Source of the DNA: Spirochaetia bacterium
Lineage (GTDB): Bacteria; Spirochaetota; Spirochaetia; DSM-16054; Sediminispirochaetaceae
Assembly (NCBI GenBank): GCA_034520965.1
Contig: JAXHMY010000009.1
Location: 192,001 to 256,000, forward strand
Length of the DNA: 64,000 nucleotides
Reading direction: 5' to 3'
A model generated the notes under the pieces. The model saw nothing but the letters and a program-made list of their open reading frames with translations. It had not been told where the DNA came from and made no database searches. Below, piece by piece: positions 9,780-20,139 of the stretch (position 1 is the first letter of the stretch; every line of letters starts with the position of its first letter). The position numbers and the translations under genes are program-made.

Positions 9780-11977
9780 TTATTCAATATCATCCAGCTG
9801 GTCAGTTGTTTGCTCCTCGCTTGTTTCCGTCTTAAACTGTTCTACCTCTTTAGAAATTGCATTTACCTTTTCAGTAATATCCTGGATGATATTTTCGACA
9901 TAGGTCATTGATTCGGCAATTTCATTGGTTCCGCTCGAGATCTCAAGTATTCCACTTTTCACTGTGGCGGAGATCTGGGTAACCCTTCTCAGTTACATTA
10001 TGTACTGACATCTACCGATTCGAGCATCTCCTCCGAGCCGTTTTTCACTTCAGATGCAATACGATTTAGGTCGGTGATTGCTTCAAGAATTTGTTGGCTT
10101 CCCTGTGAGAGTTCCTGGGTGTTGGAGTTGATTTCATTAAAGGCATCCACTGTTTCATGAGTTTCGCGTCTGATCACGTCGAAAGTTTCAAGATTTGTGT
10201 GTGAGGCTTTGGATGCAGTTTCGAGGGACTGCAGGATTTCCTTGATGGTTGTACTGATCTCTTTCGAATTATTCTGTGATGCCTCGGCCAGTTTTCGAAT
10301 TTCATCTGCCACTACCGCAAAGCCTTTACCGGATTCACCAGCGTGGGCGGCCTCGATAGCAGCGTTCATGGAAAGCAGATTGGTTTGGCCGGCGACGTTC
10401 GTGATAACTTCCGAGATTTCGGTTATACGGCCGGCCTGCTGTACTACCTCTTCGATGGCTCGGCTTGATTCTTCAACCGTTTGGCTCCCCTCTTCAATGG
10501 TCTTTGAAAGGGATTGGGATGCACTTTGTTTGTTCTCTATGGTTTGAGCTACACTCTGCAGGCTGGCCATCATCTCTTCAATGGAGGCTGTTGACTGGGT
10601 AATAGCAGAACTCTGAGATTCGACATTATTTTTTAGGTTTTCAACGGTCCGGCGTAACTCCTCGATTGCAGAAGATTCATCTTGAACTTCATTATCAAGT
10701 CGTTCTATCTCTTTATTGATATTTTGAACATTTGAGCTAATTTGAGTTGAGGCGGAGGCTGTTTCTTCGGCATTCGCCGCTAAATCGCTCTGACGTTGAT
10801 TGATAGACTGCATATCGGCTTTGACTGTCAGACATAATTTCCCTGAGTCGGTCGACGAAACTGTTAAAAGAGGCAGGAGAATTCCGATTTCATCCTTAGT
10901 TTTTACATCCATTCGTACTGTCAGATCGCGGGCACCTTGTGAAATCTCCTGTAAATTTTTGGTGGTAAGGGTAATCGATCGTACGATAGTTCGACTTATT
11001 ATGAGGTAGGCTAACAGAAGTACACCTAGTATAATTAAAGTACTGGTTATGGTTGTTCGCAGAACCGGTCCGATCACCTGTTTTTGAAGTTCGCTTTTCG
11101 GGTAAGCAACACTGACTATCCATGGTGTGAGGGAAACCCGTTTATATCCGATTATGCTGTTTTTGAAAGGGTTGTCCGCGGAAGAGCGGACGCTGGTGAT
11201 ACCACTGGACTGTTCGTTCAAAGTGTTGAGCAGCTCTTCTGTCTGCTGCACTTCAGAGTTTTCCAAGAGTTCGGAGAAACTAATCGACAGGGGTTCTTGG
11301 TCTTGTCCGAAAATGAGCGATCCACTCTTATTGTCGACCAGATAGATTCCTCCGACACTGGATTCGGTTTCTTCCTGCAGATAGCTTAGGAGGTTGTCCA
11401 GGGTCATATCTATTGCGGAGACACCGATAAGTTCTCCATTTTCCCGCACCGGCAAGGAAGTGCTTAGAACAATATTGCCTTCATCGGAGGCCTGATCAAT
11501 ATAGGGTTCGGTTATCGAAAACTCACCACTTTCCTTTGCAGCGGTGTACCAGGGGCGTTCGCGGCCGTCATAACCCGGAGGCAGATCAATCCAAATATTG
11601 GCTAATGCATTCAAACTCTGGGGTGCGCCCATATACATAAGGCCGACTTTCTCATCGTCGGCAAAGGCTTTCGCTACTTTAAGGTAGGGTTCATATTCCG
11701 GCATTTCTTCATAGTCGGCCTTTACATTCGAATCCGGCATTTTTTTCATCATATCAACCACAAAGGGGATTCGGGAAAAGTCTTCCAGTATCTGTTTTTG
11801 ACGCTGCATAATGCTGGACAAGTTCAAGGCGAGCTTCTCGGTGTATAGAAGGGTTTGCTGTTCCTTCTCCGCTTGCAGCAAATTTCGTTGGTTTATAAAT
11901 GATAAATAGCCTGCCCCAATTAGTAACACTAGAGGGAGCAAAATAAGTATCAAAAAAAGTTTTCTGTTTAATTTCAT
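9780..11977 (-). CDS. Methyl-accepting chemotaxis protein (dCache-HAMP-MCP); frameshifted near 10000, with a compensating indel pair at ~10830-10880
   Basis: TM, 'RERPWY' and 'TEPYID' dCache motifs, second TM, HAMP, '[35 protein letters not shown]'. The alternative frame restores HAMP '[14 protein letters not shown]'. Confidence 0.92.
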
Positions 11978-12104
11978 TGTTTACTCCAATATATGTTATA
12001 TTATGCGACTAAGACTTAATTATTGCAAGTATAGTATTGTACTTTTGCACTTTTCCTGCATTCTTTACTGCATAAAGTGGATGGGTACAAAAGGCCCGGG
12101 GTAT

Positions 12105-12140
12105 AAAAAAAGGGGCTGTCGATTTTTCAGACGGCCCCTT
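12105..12140 (-). terminator. Intrinsic terminator after the peroxiredoxin gene
   Basis: Stem aaggggctgtc/gacggcccctt plus an A-run (U-tract on minus). Confidence 0.8.
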
Positions 12141-12163
12141 TGCTTCGGTTTCTATATGTGATT

Positions 12164-12805
12164 CTATAATTCTTTGTGGCAGAACCACCAGTCGTAGCCT
12201 TCGTACTCCTTGAGCCGCTTTTCAGCGTCCTGTTCGGTAGAAGCCGGCGGTATAATCACACGGTCGCCGATCAGCTCGTTATTAGGCCAGTTAGCCGGAG
12301 TTGCCACTCCATTCTTATCTGATACCTGCAGGGCTTTCAGCGACCTGAGAACCTCGTCCATGTTGCGGCCGATTTCCTGGGGGTAGTACAGAACCAACCG
12401 GATAAATCCCTTTGGATCTATCAGGAATACCGCACGCACGGTATTGGTGCCCTTGCCCGGATGAACCATACCAAGGGTTTGAGCAATTTTTCCCATCTCG
12501 TCGGCGATAATGGGAAAGGGGATCTTGACATCCAGGTTATCGTTGATCCACTCGGTCCATTTGATGTGGCTGTGAACCTGGTCAATTGAAAGTCCCAGCA
12601 ACTCGGCATTTGCCTTCTTAAACTCTTCCGCCTTTTTGGCAAACGATACGAACTCTGTGGTACACACCGGAGTAAAGTCGCCGGGGTGTGAGAAAAGTAC
12701 TATCCACTTGCCTTTGTAATCCTGGGGCAGCTGTTTCATACCGTGGGTGGTCTTTACTTCCATTTCAGGGAATTTGTCTCCTAGTAGAGGCATACTCTGT
12801 TCCAT
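12164..12805 (-). CDS. Peroxiredoxin (Prx6/TDXH-like)
   Basis: '[15 protein letters not shown]', '[10 protein letters not shown]', 'GRNMDEVLR', 'TPANWP', C-terminal 'DWWFC'. Confidence 0.96.
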   Translation of the reverse strand: MEQSMPLLGDKFPEMEVKTTHGMKQLPQDYKGKWIVLFSHPGDFTPVCTTEFVSFAKKAEEFKKANAELLGLSIDQVHSHIKWTEWINDNLDVKIPFPIIADEMGKIAQTLGMVHPGKGTNTVRAVFLIDPKGFIRLVLYYPQEIGRNMDEVLRSLKALQVSDKNGVATPANWPNNELIGDRVIIPPASTEQDAEKRLKEYEGYDWWFCHKEL

Positions 12806-12841
12806 GTTTTTCTCCTTTTCTATTCTTGAGTATTTATATAA

Positions 12842-12856
12842 TAATCGTAACGATTA
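12842..12856. promoter_or_regulatory. Putative Fur/PerR-type operator (7-1-7) upstream of the peroxiredoxin gene
   Basis: TAATCGT-A-ACGATTA perfect inverted repeat; identical copy at 13336-13350. Confidence 0.8.
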
Positions 12857-12911
12857 TTAATAGTGACTAAAAAAAATATATCTGTTTTCCTCTCCATTTT
12901 ACGCTCCCAGC

Positions 12912-13325
12912 CTACGAGGCTGCTTCTGTTGTGCCTTTGCGTCTGCACTCTTCGCATATCCCGAAAAAGTCGATTTTGTGTTCCTGTACAAGGTGGCCTG
13001 AAACCTCTTCGGCCATTGCTTCCAGATCTTCCTTTGGTTCGAGAGGCAAGTCGAAGATTCTTTTGCACTCCCCGCATATAAAGTGGTAGTGTTCGTACAC
13101 ATCGGCATCGTAGCGGTCAAAGGTGCTGCCGTACTGCAGCCGGTTCACTTTGCCCTGCTCCACAAGTATACTCAGATTACGATACACCGTTCCCAGGCTC
13201 AAGTTGGGAAACTCATCCCTTATGCCGTCAAAGACCATTTGGGCTGTCGGATGGGAGTCTGTTTTCCTCAAAAAGTCTAGTATATATTCGCGTTGTTTGC
13301 TCTTTCTGTATACCGGTTCAGCCAT
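12912..13325 (-). CDS. perR: Fur-family transcriptional repressor, PerR-like
   Basis: 'SHPTA', 'SLGTVYRNL', 'RYDA...HYHFICGEC', C-terminal 'GICEEC'; lies between prx and msrB. Confidence 0.85.
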   Translation of the reverse strand: MAEPVYRKSKQREYILDFLRKTDSHPTAQMVFDGIRDEFPNLSLGTVYRNLSILVEQGKVNRLQYGSTFDRYDADVYEHYHFICGECKRIFDLPLEPKEDLEAMAEEVSGHLVQEHKIDFFGICEECRRKGTTEAAS

Positions 13326-13335
13326 CTCTTATCCT

Positions 13336-13381
13336 TAATCGTAACGATTACTAATATAGTAAAAAGCCTGCCTATTGTCAA
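13336..13381 (-). promoter_or_regulatory. perR promoter with adjacent 7-1-7 operator
   Basis: Minus-strand TTGACA(13381-13376)-N17-TATATT(13358-13353); the operator at 13336-13350 covers the expected transcription start. Confidence 0.8.
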
Positions 13382-13384
13382 GCA

Positions 13385-13855
13385 TCAATCCCCGGCCTCC
13401 GGAGGTCTTGGAGGAGCATCTCCTTCAGCCACAAAAACCAAGGCCCCAGAGTTGATGCAGAAGCGAAGTCCCGTAGGTCGGGGACCGTCGGTGAACACAT
13501 GCCCCAAATGAGAGCCTGAGCTGCTGTCCAAGACCTCTATTCGGGACATCCCGTGGCTCTTATCCTCTACCAGCACCACTGCCTCCGGGGAAACCGGCTC
13601 ATAAAAACTTGGCCAGCCTGAGCCGGAATCGAATTTTGCATCGGAACTAAACAGGGCTTGTGCCGAGGCGGCGGAGTAGTACACTCCTTTACTGTGGTTC
13701 GTGTAGTATTCTCCTGAAAAGGCCCTCTCGGTAGCCTTGCCTCGAAGCACCCCGTATTGTTTGGGGGGCAGTACTTTTCGCCATTGCCTCTCGGTAAGTT
13801 GCAGCGGAAATTCGGGCAGCGTATCTGGGGTATATAGTGTGTAATTGTCTAACAT
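13385..13855 (-). CDS. msrB: Peptide methionine-(R)-sulfoxide reductase
   Basis: 'TERAFSG', 'KFDSGSGWPSF', 'HLGHVFTDGPRPTGLRFCINS'; Zn-free variant (CxxC positions are Ser). Confidence 0.96.
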   Translation of the reverse strand: MLDNYTLYTPDTLPEFPLQLTERQWRKVLPPKQYGVLRGKATERAFSGEYYTNHSKGVYYSAASAQALFSSDAKFDSGSGWPSFYEPVSPEAVVLVEDKSHGMSRIEVLDSSSGSHLGHVFTDGPRPTGLRFCINSGALVFVAEGDAPPRPPEAGD

Positions 13856-13969
13856 ATCAAATCACTCCTTTATCGCGTAGCAGTAGGTGCCGCGTTGTAG
13901 TACTTTTCGCCTTGCGGTAGTATAAAAAGTACTAAAAAAATCCAGTAAAGTTAACAAAAACAGTCAAGT

Positions 13970-16900
13970 TTAAGTTGTCTGCGAAACCTGTTTTTTTGCA
14001 ATTCTGCGTTCTCTCCGTTGCAGGCGGTGCTGTTTTACATCGTCGAAGATTCCGTACAGACAGGGGATAAACAGCAGTGCCGTGATGGTAGAGAAGATCA
14101 AGCCGAAGATAATGGTACTGGCCATAGGGCCCCAGACTACCGAGCGCCCGCCGATTCCAATAGCAGTCGGTAACAGTCCTGCGATTGTTGTCAGGGATGT
14201 GAGGATAATCGGCCTGAAACGGGTAGCTGAGGCTTTGAGTACCGCATCGAAGGTGCTGTAGTTTTCCTCCCGCAGGCTATTGATAAAGCTGATCAGCACA
14301 ATCGAGTCGTTGACGGCAATACCGGCCAGAGCTACGGCGGCATACAGAACGGTGGTCGAAAAGGGTGTTCCCGAGAGGACCAGATAGAGGATAACCCCGG
14401 CAAAGGCAAAGGGAACTGAAAAGAGAATCAGGAAGGGTTGAAAATACGACCTGAATTGAGTGCCTAAAATGATATAAATGAGAAAGACCCCAATCAAAAA
14501 GATTCTTAAAATCTGAATCAGCAGGTTGTTGAATTCGGCAAATTCGCCGCCTACTATAAAATCTACCCGTGGATTTGCCTGGGAAAAACTCTGAGTGTAA
14601 AACTGTTTCAGGTCGGAATTTATCTGCCGGACCCGTTCCTCGTTATACGCCTCGGCGGAAATAGTGATTTCTCGCTTTCCGTCGATGCGCTTTATTGAAG
14701 CAAAGCCCGAACTCTCTTCGATTTCGCACACCGAATTAAAGGGGATCAGGTTTCCGCTGGGCGAGGGAATTTTAAGCTGCTGGAGCTGATAGACCGAATC
14801 TATTGTGCCGGCACTGTATTTTACCAGCACATCTATCTCTTCGTTTTCTTTGAAGATGGTAGTGGCGGTTACCCCCTCGATGGAGCTGCGGATATAGCGT
14901 CCCACCGTTGCGGTGCTGAGCCCGTAGCGAGCCGCCTGGGCCGGATTCACCCGTATTCTAAGCTCCGGAGTTCCGGCCTCCATATTATCTCTGATGTTAT
15001 ACAGTTCCGGATATTCACTCAATTTTTGCTGAACCGCCTGGGAGATATCTATAAGCCGGTCGTAGTTGTCGCCCTGCAGCCTGAAGGACACCGGCGGATC
15101 GGTGGGCGGCCCAGTAGCGGCCTTCCGGTACCTGACCTTCTCCGGACCCGGGATATCGGCACACAGCTGTTCTACCTCCTGAATAATGGCGGTAATAGAG
15201 CGGCTGCGGCCGCGGTCCCGCTCCTTTAGGTCGACAATAATTTCGGCTATGTTGCTTTTGCCGGTGTTACCGGTGCCCCCTCGGCGAAACCGATGGTGCT
15301 ATTGACGGCCACTACCTCTCCCTCGCCTATCAGGGGTAATAGGCGATCTTCAAACCGGGAGACTACCTGGTCGGTTTTCTCCCGCGGGGTACCGGCGGGC
15401 ATTTCGATGTCGGCATAGAAGAGGGAATAGTCTTCAGAGCTGAACAGATCCGGCTGGACCGTACCAGTAAGTCCGAGCAGGGTTATCATTATTACTACCA
15501 TTACAATAATAGTGCGTTTACGGCGTAAGAATAGAGCGTGAAGAAGCGCTTCGTATCGACTGCGGAGGGCTTCGAAGATGCGCTTGGATTTTGTTTTTGT
15601 CTTTCCCGCCCATTCGGCAAAATGAACCGGGAGAAATACAAGGGCTTCAAAGGTTGATGCGAGCAAAGCTACAGAAACCGTGATAGGGATAACCCTCAAA
15701 AATTTGCCGATGGTTCCCGGAAGAATCATCAGGGGTAAAAAGGCGGCAACAGTGGTTGCAGTGGCGGCGATCACCGGCCAGGCTACCTGATTGGCTCCTT
15801 CAATTGCAGCATCGATTCGCGAGAGGCCATCCTGCTGCAGCCGGTAGCTGTTCTCGATTATTACAATCGCGTGGTCGACTACCAGGCCAAGTACCAGGAC
15901 AAGTCCGAACAGGGTATTGGTGTTAAAGCTCTCACCCATATATTCGAGCAGCAGGAAAGTAATGGCAAAAGTAACCGGGATGCCGATTGCAGTAATGATG
16001 GCATTTCTGAAGCCGATGAACAGGAAGAGAATGAAAACCAACAACAGGAAGCCGAAAAGAAAATTGTTCAGCAAGGTGTTGATGCTGTCCTGGATTTGAA
16101 CAGTTGAATCGTTGAACACGGAAATGCTCATCCCGGCGGGAAGGGTGCTCTGAAACTCCTCCACTACTTCCTTTACCCCGCCGGTAACGGTGAGGCTGTC
16201 GCCGCCGGATACTTTGGAAATTTTGAAATTTATCGATTGGACCCCGTTAAAGCGGGCTCGGGTCCCTTCCTGCTCGTAGATTTCCCGTACGGTGGCCACA
16301 TCACCAACTTTCACCGTTCCGGGACCACTGGTGCGGACTATTAGCTGCTCAAATTCCCGGGCTTCCTGCAGCTTTCCAACGGTTCTCAGAATATAATTAC
16401 GGTGTGCTGTTTTAAGGGTGCCCCCGGGTACGGTGGTATTGCTGCGGCCAACGGAATCTATTACCGCATCCAGGGATATGCCGAGGGCCTCTAATTTTTG
16501 TGCATCCGTCTGGATAAGAATTTGCCGGTCCCGGCTTCCCACCACTTCAATGTTGGAGACGTCGGAGACATTTTCTATGCGCTCTTTGAGCTCTACCGCC
16601 TTCATGTTCAGGGTATCGTAATCGACATCTCCGCTCAGGATTACTTCGATGACCGGCAGAAAATCTGCGGCTGAAAAATCATCGATCTCCTCCTGCCGTG
16701 TACCCTCCGGCAGACTGATCTTCCCGAAGCGGGTTTGAACATCCTGAAACAGCTTATCGAACTCTCTGCTGGAGATTCCGTCGTCAAACTCGATACGTAC
16801 TAATGAGAGCCCCTCACTGGTAACCGACTGAATCCTTTTCAGTTTTTCAATATCCTTATACTGGTTTTCTATCGGAATAGTGACAGTTTCCTCTACGTCT

Positions 16901-17070
16901 TCGGCTGAAACACCCGGATAGGGAACCACAATATTTGCCCAGTAAAAGGGGACCTCTGAAAACTGCTCCTTCGGCAGTCGAGCTACACTGAACACTCCCA
17001 ATACCAGCAGAGTAACCATCAGAATATTGATCAATACCGGGTTGCGAACAGAAAACGAACCTATACTCAT
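13970..17070 (-). CDS. RND efflux transporter permease (AcrB/AcrD/AcrF family); one frameshift at the C5 run 15276-15280
   Basis: 'YPGVSAEDVEETVTIPIE', 'GLVVDHAIVIIEN', 'GIAVNDSIVLI', 'RFRPIILTSLTTIAGLLP'. One extra G joins ORFs 15247..17070 and 13970..15091. Confidence 0.92.
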
Positions 17071-18185
17071 TGCCAGCTCCCGCTTTCTCCGACTATAGTG
17101 GCCGCCACCGGATCTCCATCACTCAGGCTGGTAATACCCGATATTATCAACTGATCCCCGGCTTGCAGGCCCTGCAGAACTTCTATTCGATTTCCCACCC
17201 GACGGCCCAGGCTGATGGGCTGCACTTTCGCAGAGCCCTGATCGTCGATAAAAACCACCTCCTGCTCATTGCGACGGGCTAAGGCGGCGGAGGGGATAAT
17301 AAGAACCTCTCTGTCCCCGGCCGGTGTGATCGTGGCTTCGGCGGACATACCCGATTTTACGGCTGTACCGCACTTGTTCTCAAACTCCAACACTACTGGA
17401 TAACTGCCGGTTCCTGGATCGCTTCCGGCGGCAATCGCTATGACCTGAGCAGAATAGATCTGCCCCTCACAGGCAGCCGGTATAGTTACCGTGGCGGTAG
17501 AACCCTCCATGACTTGCCCGATTACCCCTTCTCCAACCGAGAGCTGCAGACGGAGCATATCCAGGTTTACTACTTTGGCCACCTGCATCCCCGGGGAGAG
17601 GTAGTTGCCGATAGTGGCGGTGGCCTGTTTTTCAGCGATATAGCCTGAAATAGGAGCGGTGATTGAACAGTCTTCGAAGGCTTTCTGGGTCTGTTTGTAG
17701 CGGGCTTCGGCTCCCCGCAAGGCACTGCGGGCCCGCAACAGTTCGGCCCTCGAAGCACCGCCCTGCTCTACTAACCTCTGTTTGGTTTGATAATCGATGC
17801 GCGCATTTTCCAGCTGCTCACCCGCCTGCTCCATGTTCAAGCGGGCAATCTCTGAATCTACCTGTACCAGAGTCTCGCCTTTTGCAACTTCCCGGCCCAA
17901 CTCGAAACTTACCTGTTCAATGATCCCCTGGGTTTGGCTGACTACCAGGGCTTCGCTGGTACCGGATATCGTTCCGGAGCCGGTGATTTGGGTGATCAGC
18001 GGGCCTTTGCTTACCTCCAGAGCCTCCACTGCTAAGGGCGGTTGAGCTTGTGGGGTGTCGTTGGTTCCAACCTCCGATTCCGGCGGGCCTGAACAGCCGC
18101 TGAATATTATTAGCACTAGGAAAAGTGCAAAAATGAACTCTAATGAACGAATTGAGCGAGGTTGGGGGAAGTGCTTTTTCGGCAT
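17067..18185 (-). CDS. RND periplasmic adaptor (membrane fusion) lipoprotein
   Basis: Lipobox 'FSGC', 'ITAPISGYI', 'KSGMSA', 'GLQAGDQLIISG'; ATG 18185 follows GGAGG; ATGA overlap with the permease gene. Confidence 0.9.
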   Translation of the reverse strand: MPKKHFPQPRSIRSLEFIFALFLVLIIFSGCSGPPESEVGTNDTPQAQPPLAVEALEVSKGPLITQITGSGTISGTSEALVVSQTQGIIEQVSFELGREVAKGETLVQVDSEIARLNMEQAGEQLENARIDYQTKQRLVEQGGASRAELLRARSALRGAEARYKQTQKAFEDCSITAPISGYIAEKQATATIGNYLSPGMQVAKVVNLDMLRLQLSVGEGVIGQVMEGSTATVTIPAACEGQIYSAQVIAIAAGSDPGTGSYPVVLEFENKCGTAVKSGMSAEATITPAGDREVLIIPSAALARRNEQEVVFIDDQGSAKVQPISLGRRVGNRIEVLQGLQAGDQLIISGITSLSDGDPVAATIVGESGSWQ

Positions 18186-18309
18186 CGGAGGCCTCCACAT
18201 TTTTCTTAGAATAATAATTGGAAAAATGGGTGAAGGCAAATAAAAAGGCAAAGGACTTATAAAAAGAGGCTCTATTTTATTCCATATGCAGAAAGTGCTG
18301 ATCTTCTGG

Positions 18310-18357
18310 TGGTGGCCAATGGTGACCAGGTGGTGGCCAGTGGTGACCAGGTGGTGA
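18310..18357. repeat. Short tandem repeat TGGTG(G/A)CCA, alternating 10/11-bp units
   Basis: TGGTGGCCAA TGGTGACCAGG TGGTGGCCAG TGGTGACCAGG TGGTGA. Confidence 0.8.
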
Positions 18358-18440
18358 TAAAATAAAATTTTGCGAAATTCAGCTTAAACTAGTATGATGT
18401 AATTTATAGATGTTCATAACGCAGTAAGGAGTGTACAGGT

Positions 18441-19055
18441 ATGTGGGATGATGTCAGGGTCACCGCCGATATGGTAAGTCTTGGAGAATTGCAGCATACC
18501 CAGGCTCCAAAACGGGTTCGTTTGTACGGCAATTCGAAGCGCAGCCGGTCCTACAGTGGTATCTGGGGCTACGGATTTGATCATGGTCGGGACGGGAAGG
18601 GACTGTTTCAAAATGCGTATTTCAATGTGCAGTTGCCGCATTCATATATGGAGGGCAGTTCAATTGAACCGCACGTGCATGTCCGGCTGTTTCCGGGCAG
18701 CGAAGCTGCCGCAGGACAACAGCTGCTGCTGGAGTTTGAATATGTGTGGATAAACGTAAACGAAGCTGCGCCGGCGGATACCACGATTGTTTCTGTAAAC
18801 TACCCTGTAAAAGATAAGGACTTGCAGAGTGGGAACAGCCTGATCTCATTTGGATTTATCGAAAAGAGCAATGCTGCTATCAGTTCAATGCTAAGCTGCC
18901 GCTTTAGCCGAATAAGCATTGAGGAGGGCTGGGAAGACTACTGGCGGCCGGAGGGCTTCAAGAACGACAGTTTCAGGGGCATGATGGTGCTGCTTGAATT
19001 TGATTTTCATATTCAAACAGATTCAGAGGGAAGTAAAGAGCTCTATTCTAAATAG
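18441..19055 (+). CDS. Hypothetical protein (204 aa)
   Basis: TAAGGAG RBS; TTGCGA-N17-TATGAT promoter; motifs 'WDDVRV', 'FNVQLPHSYMEGSSIEPHVH', 'LLEFDFHIQTDSEGS'. Confidence 0.8.
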   Translation: MWDDVRVTADMVSLGELQHTQAPKRVRLYGNSKRSRSYSGIWGYGFDHGRDGKGLFQNAYFNVQLPHSYMEGSSIEPHVHVRLFPGSEAAAGQQLLLEFEYVWINVNEAAPADTTIVSVNYPVKDKDLQSGNSLISFGFIEKSNAAISSMLSCRFSRISIEEGWEDYWRPEGFKNDSFRGMMVLLEFDFHIQTDSEGSKELYSK

Positions 19056-19135
19056 TAAATGCAAACAGGAAATGCTCTGGCGGCGGTCGCAATATCAGGC
19101 GTTTTGCTGTGCTCCAAACTGAAGGAGGTTATTGT

Positions 19136-20129
19136 ATGAATTACCGACGTTTGGGAAAAACCGATTACCATATCTCCGAGGTTTCATTAGGCACATGGCA
19201 GGTTGGCGGAAAATGGGGCAGCGGTTTCGATGATGCCCATGCCGAACGGATTCTACACGAAGCTATCGACAACGGGGTAAATTTCATTGACACCGCCGAT
19301 GTATATGAAGATGGAAAGAGTGAGGCGGCGGTGGGCAGTGTCGTTCGCAGCCGCCAGGAGCAGGTGTATGTGGCCAGCAAGTGCGGGCGGAAAATATCGC
19401 CCCATGTGTCGGAGGGCTATACCCCGGAGGTACTGCGCGGTTTTGTTGAGTCTAGCCTGAAAAACAGTGGTCTGGAGCGAATAGACTTGATGCAGCTGCA
19501 CTGTCCCCCCACCGAGGTATACTACCGCCCGGAGATATTCGAATTGTTTGACCGGCTGCAGACGGAAGGAAAAATAGGCCGATTCGGAGTTAGCGTAGAG
19601 AAGGTGGAGGAGGGACTCAAAGCAATCGAGTACCCGAATGTCGCCACGGTGCAAATAATTTTTAATATCTTTCGACAACGTCCGGCGGAATTGTTTTTCG
19701 AGGAGGCCCAAGAAAAAGATGTGGGGCTGATAATCAGAGTTCCCCTTGCCAGCGGGCTGCTTACCGGCAAGTTCTCCCGGGATTCAAAGTTTAACGAAGG
19801 GAGACCACCGCTATTTTAATCGCTCCGGTAAGGCCTTTGATAAGGGTGAAACCTTTGCGGGTATCGAGTACGAGCAGGGACTTGAACTGGTAGAGGAGCT
19901 GAAGGAGATCTGTGCGGAATGCCCCGAATCTACCCTGGCTCAAACCGCCCTGCGCTGGATCCTTATGCACTCCCAGGTGTCTACAATAATCCCCGGAGCC
20001 TCAAAACCCGAGCAGCTGCTGAGTAATGTGCAAGCCTCGGAGCTGCCGCCGATTCCTACAGATGTGTTTAACCGGATAGAACAGCTGTACATGCACAAGG
20101 TAAAACCGCTGGTACACCATCGCTGGTAG
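19136..20129 (+). CDS. Aldo/keto reductase; frameshift at ~19800
   Basis: 'MNYRRLGKT', 'FIDTADVY', 'IDLMQLH', 'PLASGLLTGK'; second ORF 'GDHRYFN...IIPGASKPEQ'. Extra G in gaagggagac. Confidence 0.92.
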
Positions 20130-20139
20130 GGTAAAGATT

